Shown piece by piece: positions 36,876 to 48,486 of a stretch of DNA of 64,000 nt. The stretch lies in contig NW_015161967.1 in the NCBI RefSeq assembly GCF_001447785.1, forward strand, positions 483,956 to 547,955, written 5' to 3'. The notes below the pieces were generated by a model, which was given only the letters and a program-made list of their open reading frames with translations, ran no database searches and had not been told where the DNA came from. Numbering within the stretch: position 1 is the stretch's first letter; each line of letters begins with the position of its first letter. This DNA comes from Gekko japonicus. Taxonomy: Eukaryota. Position numbers and translations under genes: made by a program.

Positions 36876-37410
36876 AAAAACCAACTTTAGTAGACCTCAC
36901 TACACCCACTTGCAGTGAATTCCACAATTTAATTAGTCAAGTAAAGTTATAACTTCTTTTTTTCAGTCCTGAATCTATTGCCCATCAACTTCCCTGGGTG
37001 CCCTGCCCTTGAGTTCTAGTATTATGGGAGAAGTAGAAAAGGTTCTCTTTATCAACATTCTTCACCCCATGCATGATGTTATAAAACGCTATGATGTGCC
37101 CGGTTTAGTCATCTGTTCTCTGAGTATGAAGCCCCAGACTCCTAATCTTTCCTCATAGGCAATATACAATCTCTTGGTTTGGCCACTTTTGTACATTTCT
37201 CAGTTCTGCAATACCTTTTTTGAGATGTTGCAGCCAAACTGTGCTCAGTATTCTGGAAATGGCTGCACCATTACAAAATTACATGGCTGCACCATTACAT
37301 TTTATTTTCAGACCCTTTCCTAATAATCCCTTGCACGGAGTTTCCCTTTCTTATTGCTGCAAGACATTGAGCTGACATTTTCATCGAGCTGTCCACTACA
37401 ATCCTAAAAT
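36055..37410 (-). mobile_element. CR1 3' region (partly duplicated) with a second CR1 tail nested inside
   Basis: GGATCAGACCAATGGTCCATC..CAGCATCCTG tail; nested GGGTCATCTAGTCCAACC tail; minus-strand WNSLQVGVV and upstream ORF2 remnants. Confidence 0.75.
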
Positions 37411-37468
37411 CACTTCTCTGCAGAGCCTTCCTTTGTGGTCTCCTGTCCAAGTCCTCCTGACCCCAAGT

Positions 37469-38285
37469 TGTTGTTGTTCAGTCGCACAGTCGAGTCCGAC
37501 TCTTCGCGACCCCATGGACCAGCTCCCGCCAGGCCCTCCTGTCTTCTGCTGTCCTCTGAAGTTGGCTCAATTTCATGTTCGTTGCATCTATGACACTGTC
37601 TAACCATCTCATCCTTTGCCATCCCCGTCTTCTTTGACCTTCAATCTTTCCCAGCATCAGGGTCTTCTCCAGTGAGTGCTCCCTTCTCATTTGGTGGCCA
37701 AAGTAGTTGAGCTTCAGTTTCATTATCTGGCCTTCCAGGGAACAGTCAGGGTTGATTTCTTTTAGGATTGACTGATTTGATCTTCTTGCAGTCCAAGGGA
37801 CTCTCAAGAGTCTTCTCCAACACCATAGTTCAAAAGAATCTATTCTTCGGCGCTCGGCCTTCCTTATAGTCCAACTCTCGCAGCCATACATGACTACTGG
37901 GAATACCATTGCTTTGACCATGCGGACTTTTGTTGGCAGAGTGATGTCTCTACTTTTTATCATGCTGTTTAGGTTCGCCATCGCTTTCCTCCCAAGGAGC
38001 AAGCGTCTTTTAATTTCATGGCTGCAGTCACAGTCTGTGGTGATCTGGGATCCCAGGAACGTGAAGTCTGTCACTACTTCCACGACTTCCCCTTCTATTT
38101 GCCAAGGAGTGATGGGGCTGGATGCCATGATCTTAGGGTTTTTTTTATATTGCGCTTCAAGCCCACTTTTGCGCTCTCCTCTTTTACTTTGAGCAAGAGG
38201 CTCTTTAGGTCCTCTTCACTTTCTCCCATTAGAGTGGTATCGTCTGCATATCTGTGGTTGTTGATCTTTTCACCAGCAATCTTAA
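37469..38285 (-). mobile_element. RTE-BovB LINE 3' fragment, inserted into a 5S-derived SINE (37413-37457 and 38297-38352)
   Basis: 216-aa ORF ITPWQIEGEVVEVVTDFTFLGSQIT.DCDCSHEIKRRLLLGRKAMANL..MYGCESWTI..FELWCWRRLLRVPWTARRSNQSILKEI..VHGVAKSRTRL, with a (CAA)n tail. Target-site duplication TGACCCCAAGT at 37458-37468 and 38286-38296. Confidence 0.95.
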
Positions 38286-39041
38286 TGACCCCAAGTACTG
38301 CTTAGCTTCTAGGATCTGACAAGATTGTGCTCTCCCATGCTCCCTTCCCTCCTGCAATCACCTTTAGGAGGCATTAAAACCTCTGCTTCACTGCTGGAAA
38401 TACATTAAGCTAACCCTCTGGCATCGGAGGATTTTAGCAAGCATTGGGTATGCATGCTTTGAATGTATTGCCCCAACCAATTATGAGGGCAAGGGGCTTG
38501 GTTTACCCGAGAACTGAGATTGTCAAGAAGCAGAATCCTACAGGCTTTCTGCATCCCTACTAATGAATTTCTGGCCCAGATAAAAAAGTTATTTTAAAAG
38601 TCTTTTTGTACATGTGAACATGGAGACCCAGATTCTCTTAAGCAGTGCTTGCATGCCCACACACATCCAGGAATACGAATAAGAACTTTTCAGGGAAGCA
38701 TCAGCCTTGAATCGTCTCTGTGTTTAGAAATTAACCACAAGACTCCCCAAAATAGCCACTGGGGAAATCTTGGTTTTCATGATAGTGACTTGTGAGAGAG
38801 TTTATCTCCCAGACTCTTCTGGTGTTTATCTTGTATCAGGTAGTGATGTGGCAAGAATCTGAATTTCTTGAGACTCAAATGTGGTTTAGTAGCTGCGGTG
38901 TTGGGTTTTATATGGGGGAGGGAGCCGGTGTCATGCCCGGGGGTGGGGGGGATGCCTGACTTCCCTCCCCCCATGTCTTTCTCCCCAGGAACATGTAGTA
39001 AAAATAAAGCATTAAGAAACATGGGATTCTTTGCTTGTGAC

Positions 39042-39240
39042 GGGGCTGTGGCTCAGTAGAGCCTCTGCTTCGCATGGAGGAAGTCCCAGGTTCAATCCTC
39101 GGCATCTCCAGTTAAAAGGATCAGGCAGCAGGCTATGTTAAAGATCTCTGCTTCAGACAGAGCTCAAACTCTGAGTAGATAGCACTGACCTTGATGAACC
39201 AACAGTCTGGTTCAATGTAAGGCAGCCTCATGTGTGTTCA
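39042..39240 (+). mobile_element. tRNA-derived SINE with CR1-like tail
   Basis: GGGGCTGTGGCTCAGTAGAGC (A box), GGTTCAATCC (B box), and a 3' end CAGTCTGGTTCAATGTAAGGCAGCCTCATGTG. Relatives lie at ~6575, ~31820, ~33100, ~44715 and ~58130. Confidence 0.75.
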
Positions 39241-39570
39241 GAGGTACAACATGACTGTCATTGCATTTTGCATGTCCCCACAAGTCCCTACTGCTGATGG
39301 TGGGGTGAGATGAGGAAACCAAAACATCTTGCCTTTCCCAGGGAAGTGCAGATCACTAAGAACTATGCACTCACATTATTAAGGTGGCCTTGAAGTTCGT
39401 TGGTGGCCTTAGCTAGATGGCTTTTTCTGGTATCAGCCTAACAGCCTCAGAGCTTTATGAGGATAAAAGGAGGGGATTCCACCTCATCAGCTGAACTGAG
39501 CTCCTTGGAGTACAAGATACAGTTAATGGCAAATAACCAACACTGTGGCTTCTGCCCCTCATATGGTTTT

Positions 39571-39925
39571 AAAGTAAAGGTAAAGGTTCCCTTGCTCGAA
39601 AGCCAGTCGAATCCGACTCTAGGGTTGCGGTGCTCATCTCCGTTTCAAAGCCGAGGAGCCAGCGCTGTCCGAAGACGTTTCCGTGGTCATGTAGCTGGCA
39701 TGACTAAACACCAAGGCGCACAGAACGCTGTTACCTTCCCACTGAAGTGGTACCTATTTATCTACTTGCAATTTCTTGCTTTCGAACTGCTGGGTTGGCA
39801 GGAGCTGGAACTAGAGACGGGAGCTCACTCCGTCATGCGGCACACCCGGGTCTCGAACTCCTGAACTACCAACCTTCCACAGCCTGCAGTTCAGCGTCTT
39901 AACCACTTGAGCCACCGCAGCTTTT
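39571..39925 (-). mobile_element. Full-length Sauria SINE
   Basis: tRNA-like head GCTGCGGTGGCTCAAGTGGTTAAG..GAGTTCGAGACCC on the minus strand and an (ACCTTT)n tail. Target-site duplication ATATGGTTTT at 39561-39570 and 39926-39935. Confidence 0.9.
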
Positions 39926-40006
39926 ATATGGTTTTGCCTAAAGGTTAAAGAGAATAGGGAAAAAAGAATATCTTTGTCATCTGCTGTTCAGATTTTGTGT
40001 GCTGGC

Positions 40007-40256
40007 GCCCTGACTTGGATAGCCCAGGCAAGCCCGATCTCATCAGATCTCGGAAGCTAAGCAGGGCTGACCCTGGCGAGTATTTGGAGGGGAGACCTCC
40101 AAAGAATACTAGGGTCAGGAGGCAGAGGCAGGCTATCAAGCCAGTGTTCTGAGCATCCTCCATGCCCTGGTGGGAGTTGCCAGAGGCACCATGACTTCCA
40201 GGCACAGGGGCACACGCATACACACACACACAAAATGCAAAAAAAAAAGAAAGAAA
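40007..40256 (+). mobile_element. Full-length 5S rRNA-derived SINE with (CA)n and poly(A) tail
   Basis: GCCCGATCTCATCAGATCTCGGAAGCTAAGCAGGG..GTATTTGGAGGGGAGACC 5S head. Target-site duplication GTGCTGGC at 39999-40006 and 40257-40264. Confidence 0.88.
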
Positions 40257-41221
40257 GTGCTGGCTGGATGACCAGGCCAGGTGTGTTCTCGCACATTCTC
40301 TTACATTTTAAATGTAATTCCACTCTGTTTCTTTTTGGCGTTTCACTATATTTTAAATTATAAAGGTAGAAACATCGCACATACGTTACAGCTACCTCAG
40401 ATTTTCTGGTTGCTTGCTTTCACTGCTCTCTCTAGGAAAAGCCATTTGCTGTCAGTTTTCAGAGAAACAGTGACATCTAGTGGCTTTTTGCAATATAAGA
40501 AGCAGAAATCTAGGTTTACCTGTAATTTGCCAGTTTATTTCTAAGTAATAGATGTCTCAGGCAGGGCCTTTTTAGTTGTTGAACTCCCCCCTCCCTTGGG
40601 AATCTGTTTAGGCTGGTCTCTGGCTATTTTCTACACTTCATTTTAGCCAGAGAGGCAAGAAATTGTCACACATGGCCAGCAGCGGGCTGTAGGTGCATCC
40701 AAAGACAGAAGTGCAGCAGTGGCTGAGTGCTAGTGGGGCCAGCTTCTCCCACCCCTAGCATGAGTGTTTCATGCAGACCACCATTTTAGAAAGGCCTTTG
40801 ACTATTTTCTGAGTGGTTATTTCCCCCTTCCCCCAGCCACTCAAGGACTTCACACAGTAAGAATTACATGCCAGTTACCTGTGGCTTTAAGCACTTTACA
40901 AAGTTCAGCTTTTATTTTACACAGTTGCTTGGCAGGGGGTCATGCAGTGAGATGCTCTTGGCCACCATGTCTGTATTGGGGGTTGAATCCATTCTTGTCC
41001 AAGTCATCAGTCTGCCGAGTACAGTATGGAACTCTTGTTGAATTTTAGAGAGCGTCTGCAAAATAGATTTAAATAATGGAGGAAACTCACATGATGCTAG
41101 AGTTTCTCAAGGCATTTAGTCAGTTCTTCCCAGATTTGTAGCCAGCTGCTATTTAAAAAAAATACAAGTTGGTGCTGTTTTTAAAAAATCTCTTTTTCCC
41201 CCCCCCCCCCCCCTCTTTCAG

Positions 41222-41915
41222 GAATTTCTACTACATTACAATCCTGCGGGACCCTGTGTCCCGGTACTTGAGCGAATGGCGGCACGTCCAAAGAGGAGCA
41301 ACTTGGAAGGCTTCCTTGCATGTGTGCGATGGGAGATCGCCCACTTCTGAAGAGCTGCCCAGCTGTTACTCGGGAGATGACTGGTCAGGCTGTTCTCTGC
41401 AGGAGTTCATGGATTGTTCCTACAATCTAGCCAACAATCGCCAGGTTCGCATGTTGGCCGACCTCAGCCTGGTGGGATGTTACAATTTGTCCGTCATGCC
41501 AGAAGAGCAGCGAAACAAGGTTCTCCTAGACAGTGCCAAGGAGAACCTGAAACGCATGGCCTTCTTTGGCCTGACGGAATTTCAAAGGAAGACTCAGTAT
41601 CTCTTTGAGAAAACATTTAACATGAACTTCATCTCGCCATTCACACAGTATAATAGCACAAGGGCCTCCAGTGTAGACATTGATGAAGAGACTCAGAGGC
41701 GCATTGAGGCCCTCAATTTTTTAGACATGGAGCTATACGATTATGCAAAAGATCTCTTTCTGCAAAGGTATCAGTACATGAGACAGAAGGAACACCAGGA
41801 AGCCAGGAGGAAGCGTCAGGAGCAAAGGAAAAAGGCCAAACAGGTTCACAACAAAGAACAGACCACCACGAATTCAACTACTGATTACATAGGGAATGTG
41901 GAGCAGTGGCGGTAA
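41222..41915 (+). CDS. HS6ST2: Heparan sulfate 6-O-sulfotransferase 2, last coding exon (phase-2 acceptor, stop TAA 41913-41915)
   Basis: Pyrimidine tract plus TTCAG acceptor (AG at 41220-41221). Translation NFYYITILRDPVSRYLSEWRHVQRGATWKASLHVCDGR..NKVLLDSAK..FEKTFNMNFISPFTQYN..QKEHQEARRKRQEQRK..DYIGNVEQWR. The RDPVSRYLS 3'-phosphate-binding motif marks the family. WKASLHVCDGR, EKTFNMNFISPFTQYN and the C-terminus fit HS6ST2 rather than HS6ST1 or HS6ST3. Confidence 0.95.
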
Positions 41916-42121
41916 TAGATGTTGTGTTGTTTTTCAGAGTACTGATTTGGAAGCCAGAACAGAATTGCAAATTGCAGAAGAGACAAACTCTGCTTCTTTA
42001 GCTGTTGAAGAATGCAAACAGTTCTCCTGTGGCCTTCGCCGAATGCTTTTGCAGTCAATGTTGTACCGTATGTGGGTTAACCTTTAATCTCGGTGTGTCT
42101 CAGATCTGTCCCTTTAAAAAA

Positions 42122-42161
42122 AATAAATAATATCGGTCTATTATTAAGTGGAGCAAATAAA
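42122..42161 (+). terminator. Candidate proximal polyadenylation signals (AATAAA at 42122-42127 and 42156-42161)
   Basis: Canonical hexamers ~210-240 nt after the stop codon. Confidence 0.3.
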
Positions 42162-44097
42162 ACCCAATATTGCTATCCGAAACTTTCTTTGGGCTTATGG
42201 AAACAAAAACGTGTCAAGGCCTAGGATGCTGAGGAAATAACTCTTTAGATGTCTGTGGCGGGTTGTCTTCTGTGGCCCTCCAGGGAAATCCCCGAAATAT
42301 TTTTAGAGATGAGATAGAAAGAATAGTAACAAACAGCCAGAACTTCCTGTACCAAACTGAAAGCTGTCTCATTGGGGGCTCATGTATCTCTACGGTGGAG
42401 CCCTATACCCCTATGTCCTTTACACCATCCATTTGACTGAAGGCCAGTTCAGTTTAATACCGGAAGTGCTGATAAGGTCTACAGTGAGCTTGTACTGACT
42501 GGATGCAGCCTGTGGGGGCTGTTGAGGGAATGGCCATAGTGAGTCCCGTTTCAAATTGTCCCCTTGGGGCAACAAACTGCACCCCCTCCCCCATCATACT
42601 ACATTCCTGTATTTGGCAAAGTCTTTAGAGCAGTCACAGCTCTCGTCCCTGCCATTTGGAAGTTAAAGAAACTCATGAACAAATTACTAGTTCTTGGCTA
42701 AGCCCGATGGGGGAAATCTAACTGGTTTCTAGTAGGGAGGCATTAATACCGTACATGCAAAATGATTTGTCTCAGCAGAATATCTCTTTCCCCCCCACCC
42801 TTGATATTTGGTTTTATTTCCTTCATATATTTTCAATGACTGCCATCTGTGTATGGCACGTACCAAATATAAATGGCAGCAAATGGGATATCTGTAGAAG
42901 AAAACGTTGACTGATGTTTGCGTATATCAGCTTTTAACGAAGAATAGAAAGAGCTTGTCTAGTAATTATAAATATTTTTTAAAAATCTGCCTACTGCTGT
43001 TAAATGGATTTCAAGCTTGTTTGTTTTGTGTTGGAGGGGGGAAAGTATTATCCCAGTGATATGGAGAGCATTCGTCTCAAACTAATACAATGCCAGAAAA
43101 AGCTATCATAGGCTTCTTTCAGGCAATAGAATTTTAATACATTCTGGAGATGTAGGGGATTTTTTTATGTGTGTATGTGTTTTAAGGAAAGGAACATAGC
43201 CAAATTATCCCTCTGTATTCTGCTCTAATTTTACCCATTCTTCTTGCAATTTGAAATGCACACTGCTTCCTCTTAACAGGACTTGATGGCTAGCAGTTAA
43301 GTTGGAAATGTCTAACATTTCTGTATTGCCATCCAGAAAAAAAACTTCTCCAATATAGGCAATATTGATTATAAAGAATTTCTGATCAGCGAGAGGGGGT
43401 GTGCTTGAACCTGCTCTCTCATATTTACTGTGATACACAAAATGCAGATTTTTTTCCTCTGTGTGTGTGTGTGTCTGATCCCTTAGTAGGCGGAGCAGTT
43501 TTGGACATAACATGAAGCTGAGACACAACCTTGGAATGACCCCAGTTGTAAGAACCCTGACAAAATTTAAGTTGCCACTCACCCAGAGGGTCTCACAGCA
43601 ACTCTGAATGCTAAAACAACATCATAATGGATAAGTTAAAACCAACAAAATCAAATAATGCATCTACAATAGAAGATATTAAGAAATGTAGAGTGGTCAC
43701 ATGCTGTCATCTGCAGAGATACCTGTGTTCTCCAGAATAAAATTGCAGAACTTTCTGCTGCTGAGATCTGCATGTTATCTCTTTATTGTCCCCATCCCCA
43801 GCAAGGGAAATCCATGTGTGGAGGCAGGATTTGTTATGGAGTTCCCCCGCTGGATTAGAAATCACATACACATTTAAGTGTGCAGCTGTCCTTGTAGGTG
43901 CATGGCATCCAATGGGATTCCCATCTGCAATGCAGAATATACAGGAGGGACGCATTTTCCATCATCTTGCAATGGGATGGAGATATGTATGCCCGTTATG
44001 GTTCATGTTGCACACAACTATGTCTGCTTCAGGTACATTGTGCTTTACTTATGAATACAGATGTGGGAGCGATCCTCTCATCTGCCAAAAAAAAGGT

Positions 44098-44287
44098 GGG
44101 TAGCTGTGTTAGTCTGTCCATAGCAGTAGAAACAAGCAAGAGTCCAGTAGCAGCTTAAAGACATTTGTAGCAGGGTAGGAGCTTTCGTGAGTCACTGCTC
44201 ACTTCTTCAGCAGTGACTCACAAAAGTTTACATCCTGCCACAAGTTTTGTTAGTCTCTAGGGTGCTACTGGACTGTTGCTCTTTTCT
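44098..44287. mobile_element. Penelope-like element terminal fragment forming an inverted repeat
   Basis: GAGTCCAGTAGCAGCTTAAAGAC..GCTTTCGTGAGTCACTG is mirrored by CAGTGACTCACAAAAG..GGTGCTACTGGACT. The minus strand carries CTGAAGAAGTGAG..CTCACGAAAGC. Confidence 0.75.
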
Positions 44288-44714
44288 TCTGCCCCCCCAA
44301 AAAAGTATTGCTTTTGTTGAGTGAGTCCTAAATAAAAGTGAGACGAGAAGATGAATCTGATACCCCAAGAAATATAATACTGCAGGGACTGGGTTGGGTT
44401 GTGTGCACTGCCAGCGTAAGACCATCCATGTTGTGTGGCTTTGTGTCCATTTGGGCTCCCCAGTTCTCAGCATCACCTTCCTGAGACTCAGTCGATGGGG
44501 AGAGTTCCATCAGCACCCTCTGCTGGTGCTGTGTAAGATCCAACCCATTGCATTTGGAGGGCAGTTGTCAGAGGCTGAAAGCCGCATGATGCCATGCCTT
44601 CAGGGGCAGTCCTTGCCAGCCATGGGTGCCTAAAATATCATTTTAACCTTTTGATAGGCTTCTGCTGATTTCTTGTGCCCAGAAAACAGACAGACAGCAA
44701 AGATGAACCAGAAA

Positions 44715-44860
44715 ACTGTGGTCTGTCTAACTCTGTCTACTCTGACTGGCAGGGCCCTTCCAGTGTTATAAGTGGAGGCTCCATCTCAGTGCAGCTACCC
44801 GGGTTTTTATTTAAATGGAGATGCCAAGAATGGACTCTGAGATTCTGTGCATTCACTCTG
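44715..44860 (-). mobile_element. Old tRNA-derived SINE (39042 family)
   Basis: GGTCTGTCTAACTCTGTCTACTCTGACTGGCAG..TTTAAATGGAGATGCCAAGAATGGA. Confidence 0.55.
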
Positions 44861-46358
44861 CCATTCAGGTATGCCTCCCCTCCTTTTTCAAAATATATGC
44901 TTATGTCATGGAGGGGCAGTGTGGCAATTAGAACCAGTAACAGCAGGCTTCCCGTAATTAGTGTTATCGAATAGCTTTGTTTAATTTGAAAGAATGCACA
45001 TTTACCCAAGCATACACTTAGTCCATTATAAGCGACCACCTTACCGGTCTCAATCATTTGTCTGTCTTTAAGAAAGCCGTCTTAAGAAACACCCCCTTCT
45101 CCCCCGCATGCCACTGACTTCAGCGAAGCAATAGTCCTAAGCATGTTGCAGTCAGTTGCGCTCCCAAGTCAATGCCTGGGAATCGCTCTTGAAAACAGGC
45201 CCTGCTGCTGACATCAGGAAACAGTATGGACAGCGAGGGATCCATTCAAGTTGACTGGCCCTGTAACTTAATGGGACAGCTCCTGCATCTATCCTAGAGA
45301 GGCAGAAAGGAGTAGAGCCAAGACCGAGCAGTCTCTGCAGCATTGCAGGGGCTAGTCCGCTCGGACCGTAGCAACAACAATGGATGAATGAATGAATGGT
45401 TTATTAAGGTCATAGACCAGCACAAAAATACAGGCAATATAGGCCTGCCTTCCAGCCTTGTTTCTGGGCTGTTTTAACGCCCCAGTCTGGTCCAGGATCT
45501 GATGAGTTAATGTACTTGAATAGTGTGAATCTCTATGCAAAAATCTTGTGAAGTTCACAGAGATAAAGGAAGCTGAGAAGCCTGTCTACCTACCCTGGTA
45601 GATTTCCAAGCATGACAATGGATGTTAATTTCCTTTTATGTGCTTGGCAGCTGTGTTTCTGACTAGGATGTTTTTACAGCTTCTTACCTATCAGTACTGA
45701 GGCATCTGAAAACAGCATTTCCTTGCATCACCCATATTGACTCTTGAGGGAGGCAGCGTTTGCACCCCTGGCTTTCATCAGTGACATTAATCAAGCAAGG
45801 ATGGAGGGAAAGGGGGTTGAGGGGTGGAACCAAACAGAATGTCTCGCCACCTAAATTGTCCAAAGCTGGATGTATCAGTTAATTTGTACCCTTGGATGGT
45901 ATGCTAGCCTTGAAATTTAGGGGGAAGGGTGAAAAACACTGAAACTCAAGTGTTTTTATCATCGCAAGAAGTAATTTTACATACATGGAGTATAGCATCT
46001 CCAGTGGAATTTGGGTTTCTACAGGGAGAAACAATCAGCTCTTGGATTTGGAAGGTGCCGCCCTGATCTGGGCATGCAGCCCCTGTCAGTTCAAAGAGCC
46101 CCGCAGGATGTGAGAGATGCCATTTGTTTTTTATGCTGTGGTGTGCATGGTTTACAAAAAAAAAAAAGTTTAATTTTCTTTGTGTATACTGTTCATTGTA
46201 TATAGGGGGGTGTATGCATATAAGGCTACAATTTTGTCATAACTATTTGGATTTCCATTGTAGACTGCTATCTTAATTGTGTAGATTTACAACAATGAAA
46301 AAGGGAAGGGAGGGGTTCCACTGACTTTGATTGTGTAATTTAACAATAGCGTTGATAA

Positions 46359-46400
46359 AATAAACTTTAACGGCAGTCTTTGATTGTGGATTGCTTATTT
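46359..46400 (+). terminator. Candidate distal HS6ST2 polyadenylation signal
   Basis: AATAAA at 46359-46364, preceded by TGTA elements in U-rich sequence and followed by a GU/U-rich tract (GTCTTTGATTGTGGATTGCTTATTT). Confidence 0.45.
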
Positions 46401-48432
46401 AAATGCTTATTTGTATCACGAAAGCATGAGAAGGCCCTCCTGAGGGAGAGAAGCCAATTAATGTTCTAGAGCGTATGTTTAATTAAAAAACAGAAAGGTG
46501 TCTATGTAACAAACAGAACCCTACCCCGGTCGTTGAAAGTGAGACTGGGGAGGAGGGAAACGAAGATGGCATTACAAAGTGAAGGGCTCATGGGACCCTG
46601 CTGGATATGCTGGAGCCTCTTGGCTAGCGTGCTGGGGAGTAGCGGGATCCTGAAGTGACTTGTATTCCACCCCTCTGCTCAGTGAAGCCTTTTTGTAACC
46701 TCAGGAGCTCCAAGTCTTCCTCTAGCAGAAGAGTCACTTAAGCTGGAGGAAGTCTTCAGCCTTTGCTGAGCAGCATGGGGAAACCAACATACAACAAGTA
46801 CCGTGCACAGCTGATTATAACATATCATAAATAACTTTATATTTTTTGAAAAATATTTTTACAATAATTTCTACATATATAATAAATCATCTTAATCAAA
46901 AATATCAAAAATCATCTCCAAGAATCTCAAAAGCTATTGCACAACCTTTAATACTAGTCCTCCTCTGTTAAATAAAAGTTTCAAAAGGGAGGACTCCTTA
47001 AAGTAACAGAGGTCCAGATATCCTTCTGTTTTTGAATCTTCCTCAGGGAGTTCAACAATAATTTTCAGCACAAGGTTGCCACATACCAAAGTTTTAATCC
47101 AAAGTTCTCTTCAATGAACGCTGCAAAAAATTTTTTTGATGAGCTACAAGCCTCCTCCAAAGTCACAAAAAGCTGCAGTTCCCAATCAGAATGGGTTATC
47201 ACATCAAAACATAATACACGGGCATACACCTTTAAGAAAAACATAAAGCAGTTTTGCCACCTTGCCTGATATTGATATCTGGTGTGGTTCCATTCATTGT
47301 GGGTACTAGCCATTGATGGGTGTCTAATCCTCCTTTAATGGCAACTTTACCACACTCTGCTGATGTGAATTCATACTATCCCTTCCCAGCCAGGCCAGTG
47401 TTGGCCACTGCTGGTTAGCAATGGACTGGAATCAGTGTTCAGAGTGGGAGGAAAACATGGAAGTGGGATGGGTTTTGGTGTTTTTGTTCTTCTTCTTTTT
47501 TACCATTAGACCAGGCACAATTTAGCCTCTGGTCCATTTAGCATCTTAAGGTGTAAAAAAAGGCTGGGCCAACTGCCTGTTGACAAGCTTGAATCAGGTG
47601 TTAACATCTGGAGGTCATTACAGTCAGTTATTACTCATTACCAAGAAGTAAAAAATATTAACACATGGCCTAATGTTTGACTCTCCTAGCATGACCCTGC
47701 TTCATCCTGGGATGATTTTCAGCCACTGGAAAATAAGTGGAGTGATTTGGGGGTCCATGACACCCTTCCCCACTTTAAACATTGGTTGGGAAGAATTATC
47801 TTCTGCATGCTGTGATCTCCCCAAGGACTTGAGGTTATTTCTCTTAACTTTTCTCACCCTTTGAAAGCTCCAGGTTTGCTGCATCTGGATAGATTCAGTA
47901 CCCGCACATTCTTCTTTTAATTGAAGACAGAAGTGCAGCATTTCCCGGGGGGGAGGGGGTGTCCGACTGTCTAAGGACTTTGCTGGGCCAATTAATTCAG
48001 CTTGAAAATGTCTGCATTTACAATATGTGCAGTTCCCTTTATACTCTGGTTTCTCTTCACATGTATAATTTTTTCACCTTTTACTAAAGGTTTCCATGGA
48101 GTTCCCTTTAAACTCTAGACCAAGACTATGCCATTGAGGTAAAGCGTGGAAGTAGGACACTGATTAAGCCAAACTGAGAGTGCTGGAGTGTGAGTCTTCC
48201 ATCAACATCTGTGAGAAGATCTTCCGGGAAACAGCCTTCGGCTAACCTGCCAGCTGGTACAGCCGTCGTCTTGCGTCTGCCCAGGATAGTATTGCCGAAG
48301 TTTTTTGTCCTTTTTTTTTTAGGCATTGTATTGTTTCGATGTATATGGGGGGTGGGTGTTGGCTATAAATTAAATCTTATGAATTCCATCAGCTCCAATA
48401 TAGAACTATCAACGGAAGACTGTGTGCACTAT

Positions 48433-48486
48433 ACTCTCTGATGAAGATATGAAACGCCTGAGACTACCTGGGATCTGCGTTAGAGT
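48433..48486 (+). ncRNA. Minimal type I hammerhead ribozyme motif
   Basis: Stem I ACTCT (48433-48437) pairs with AGAGT (48482-48486). Core CTGATGA at 48438-48444, minimal stem II A-GATA-T, GAAA at 48451-48454, stem III CGC/GCG, and cleavage triplet GUU at 48479-48481. Confidence 0.7.

Noticed and set aside
40007-40110. Possible 5S rRNA gene
   Set aside because: The 5' and 3' ends differ from 5S rRNA, and it has a SINE body, tail and target-site duplication.
41169-41221. N-terminal extension MVLFLKNLFFPPPPPSF of the 248-aa ORF
   Set aside because: It is the intronic pyrimidine/poly-C tract. Homology begins at the AG acceptor (41220-41221), and the 'start' codon is TTG.
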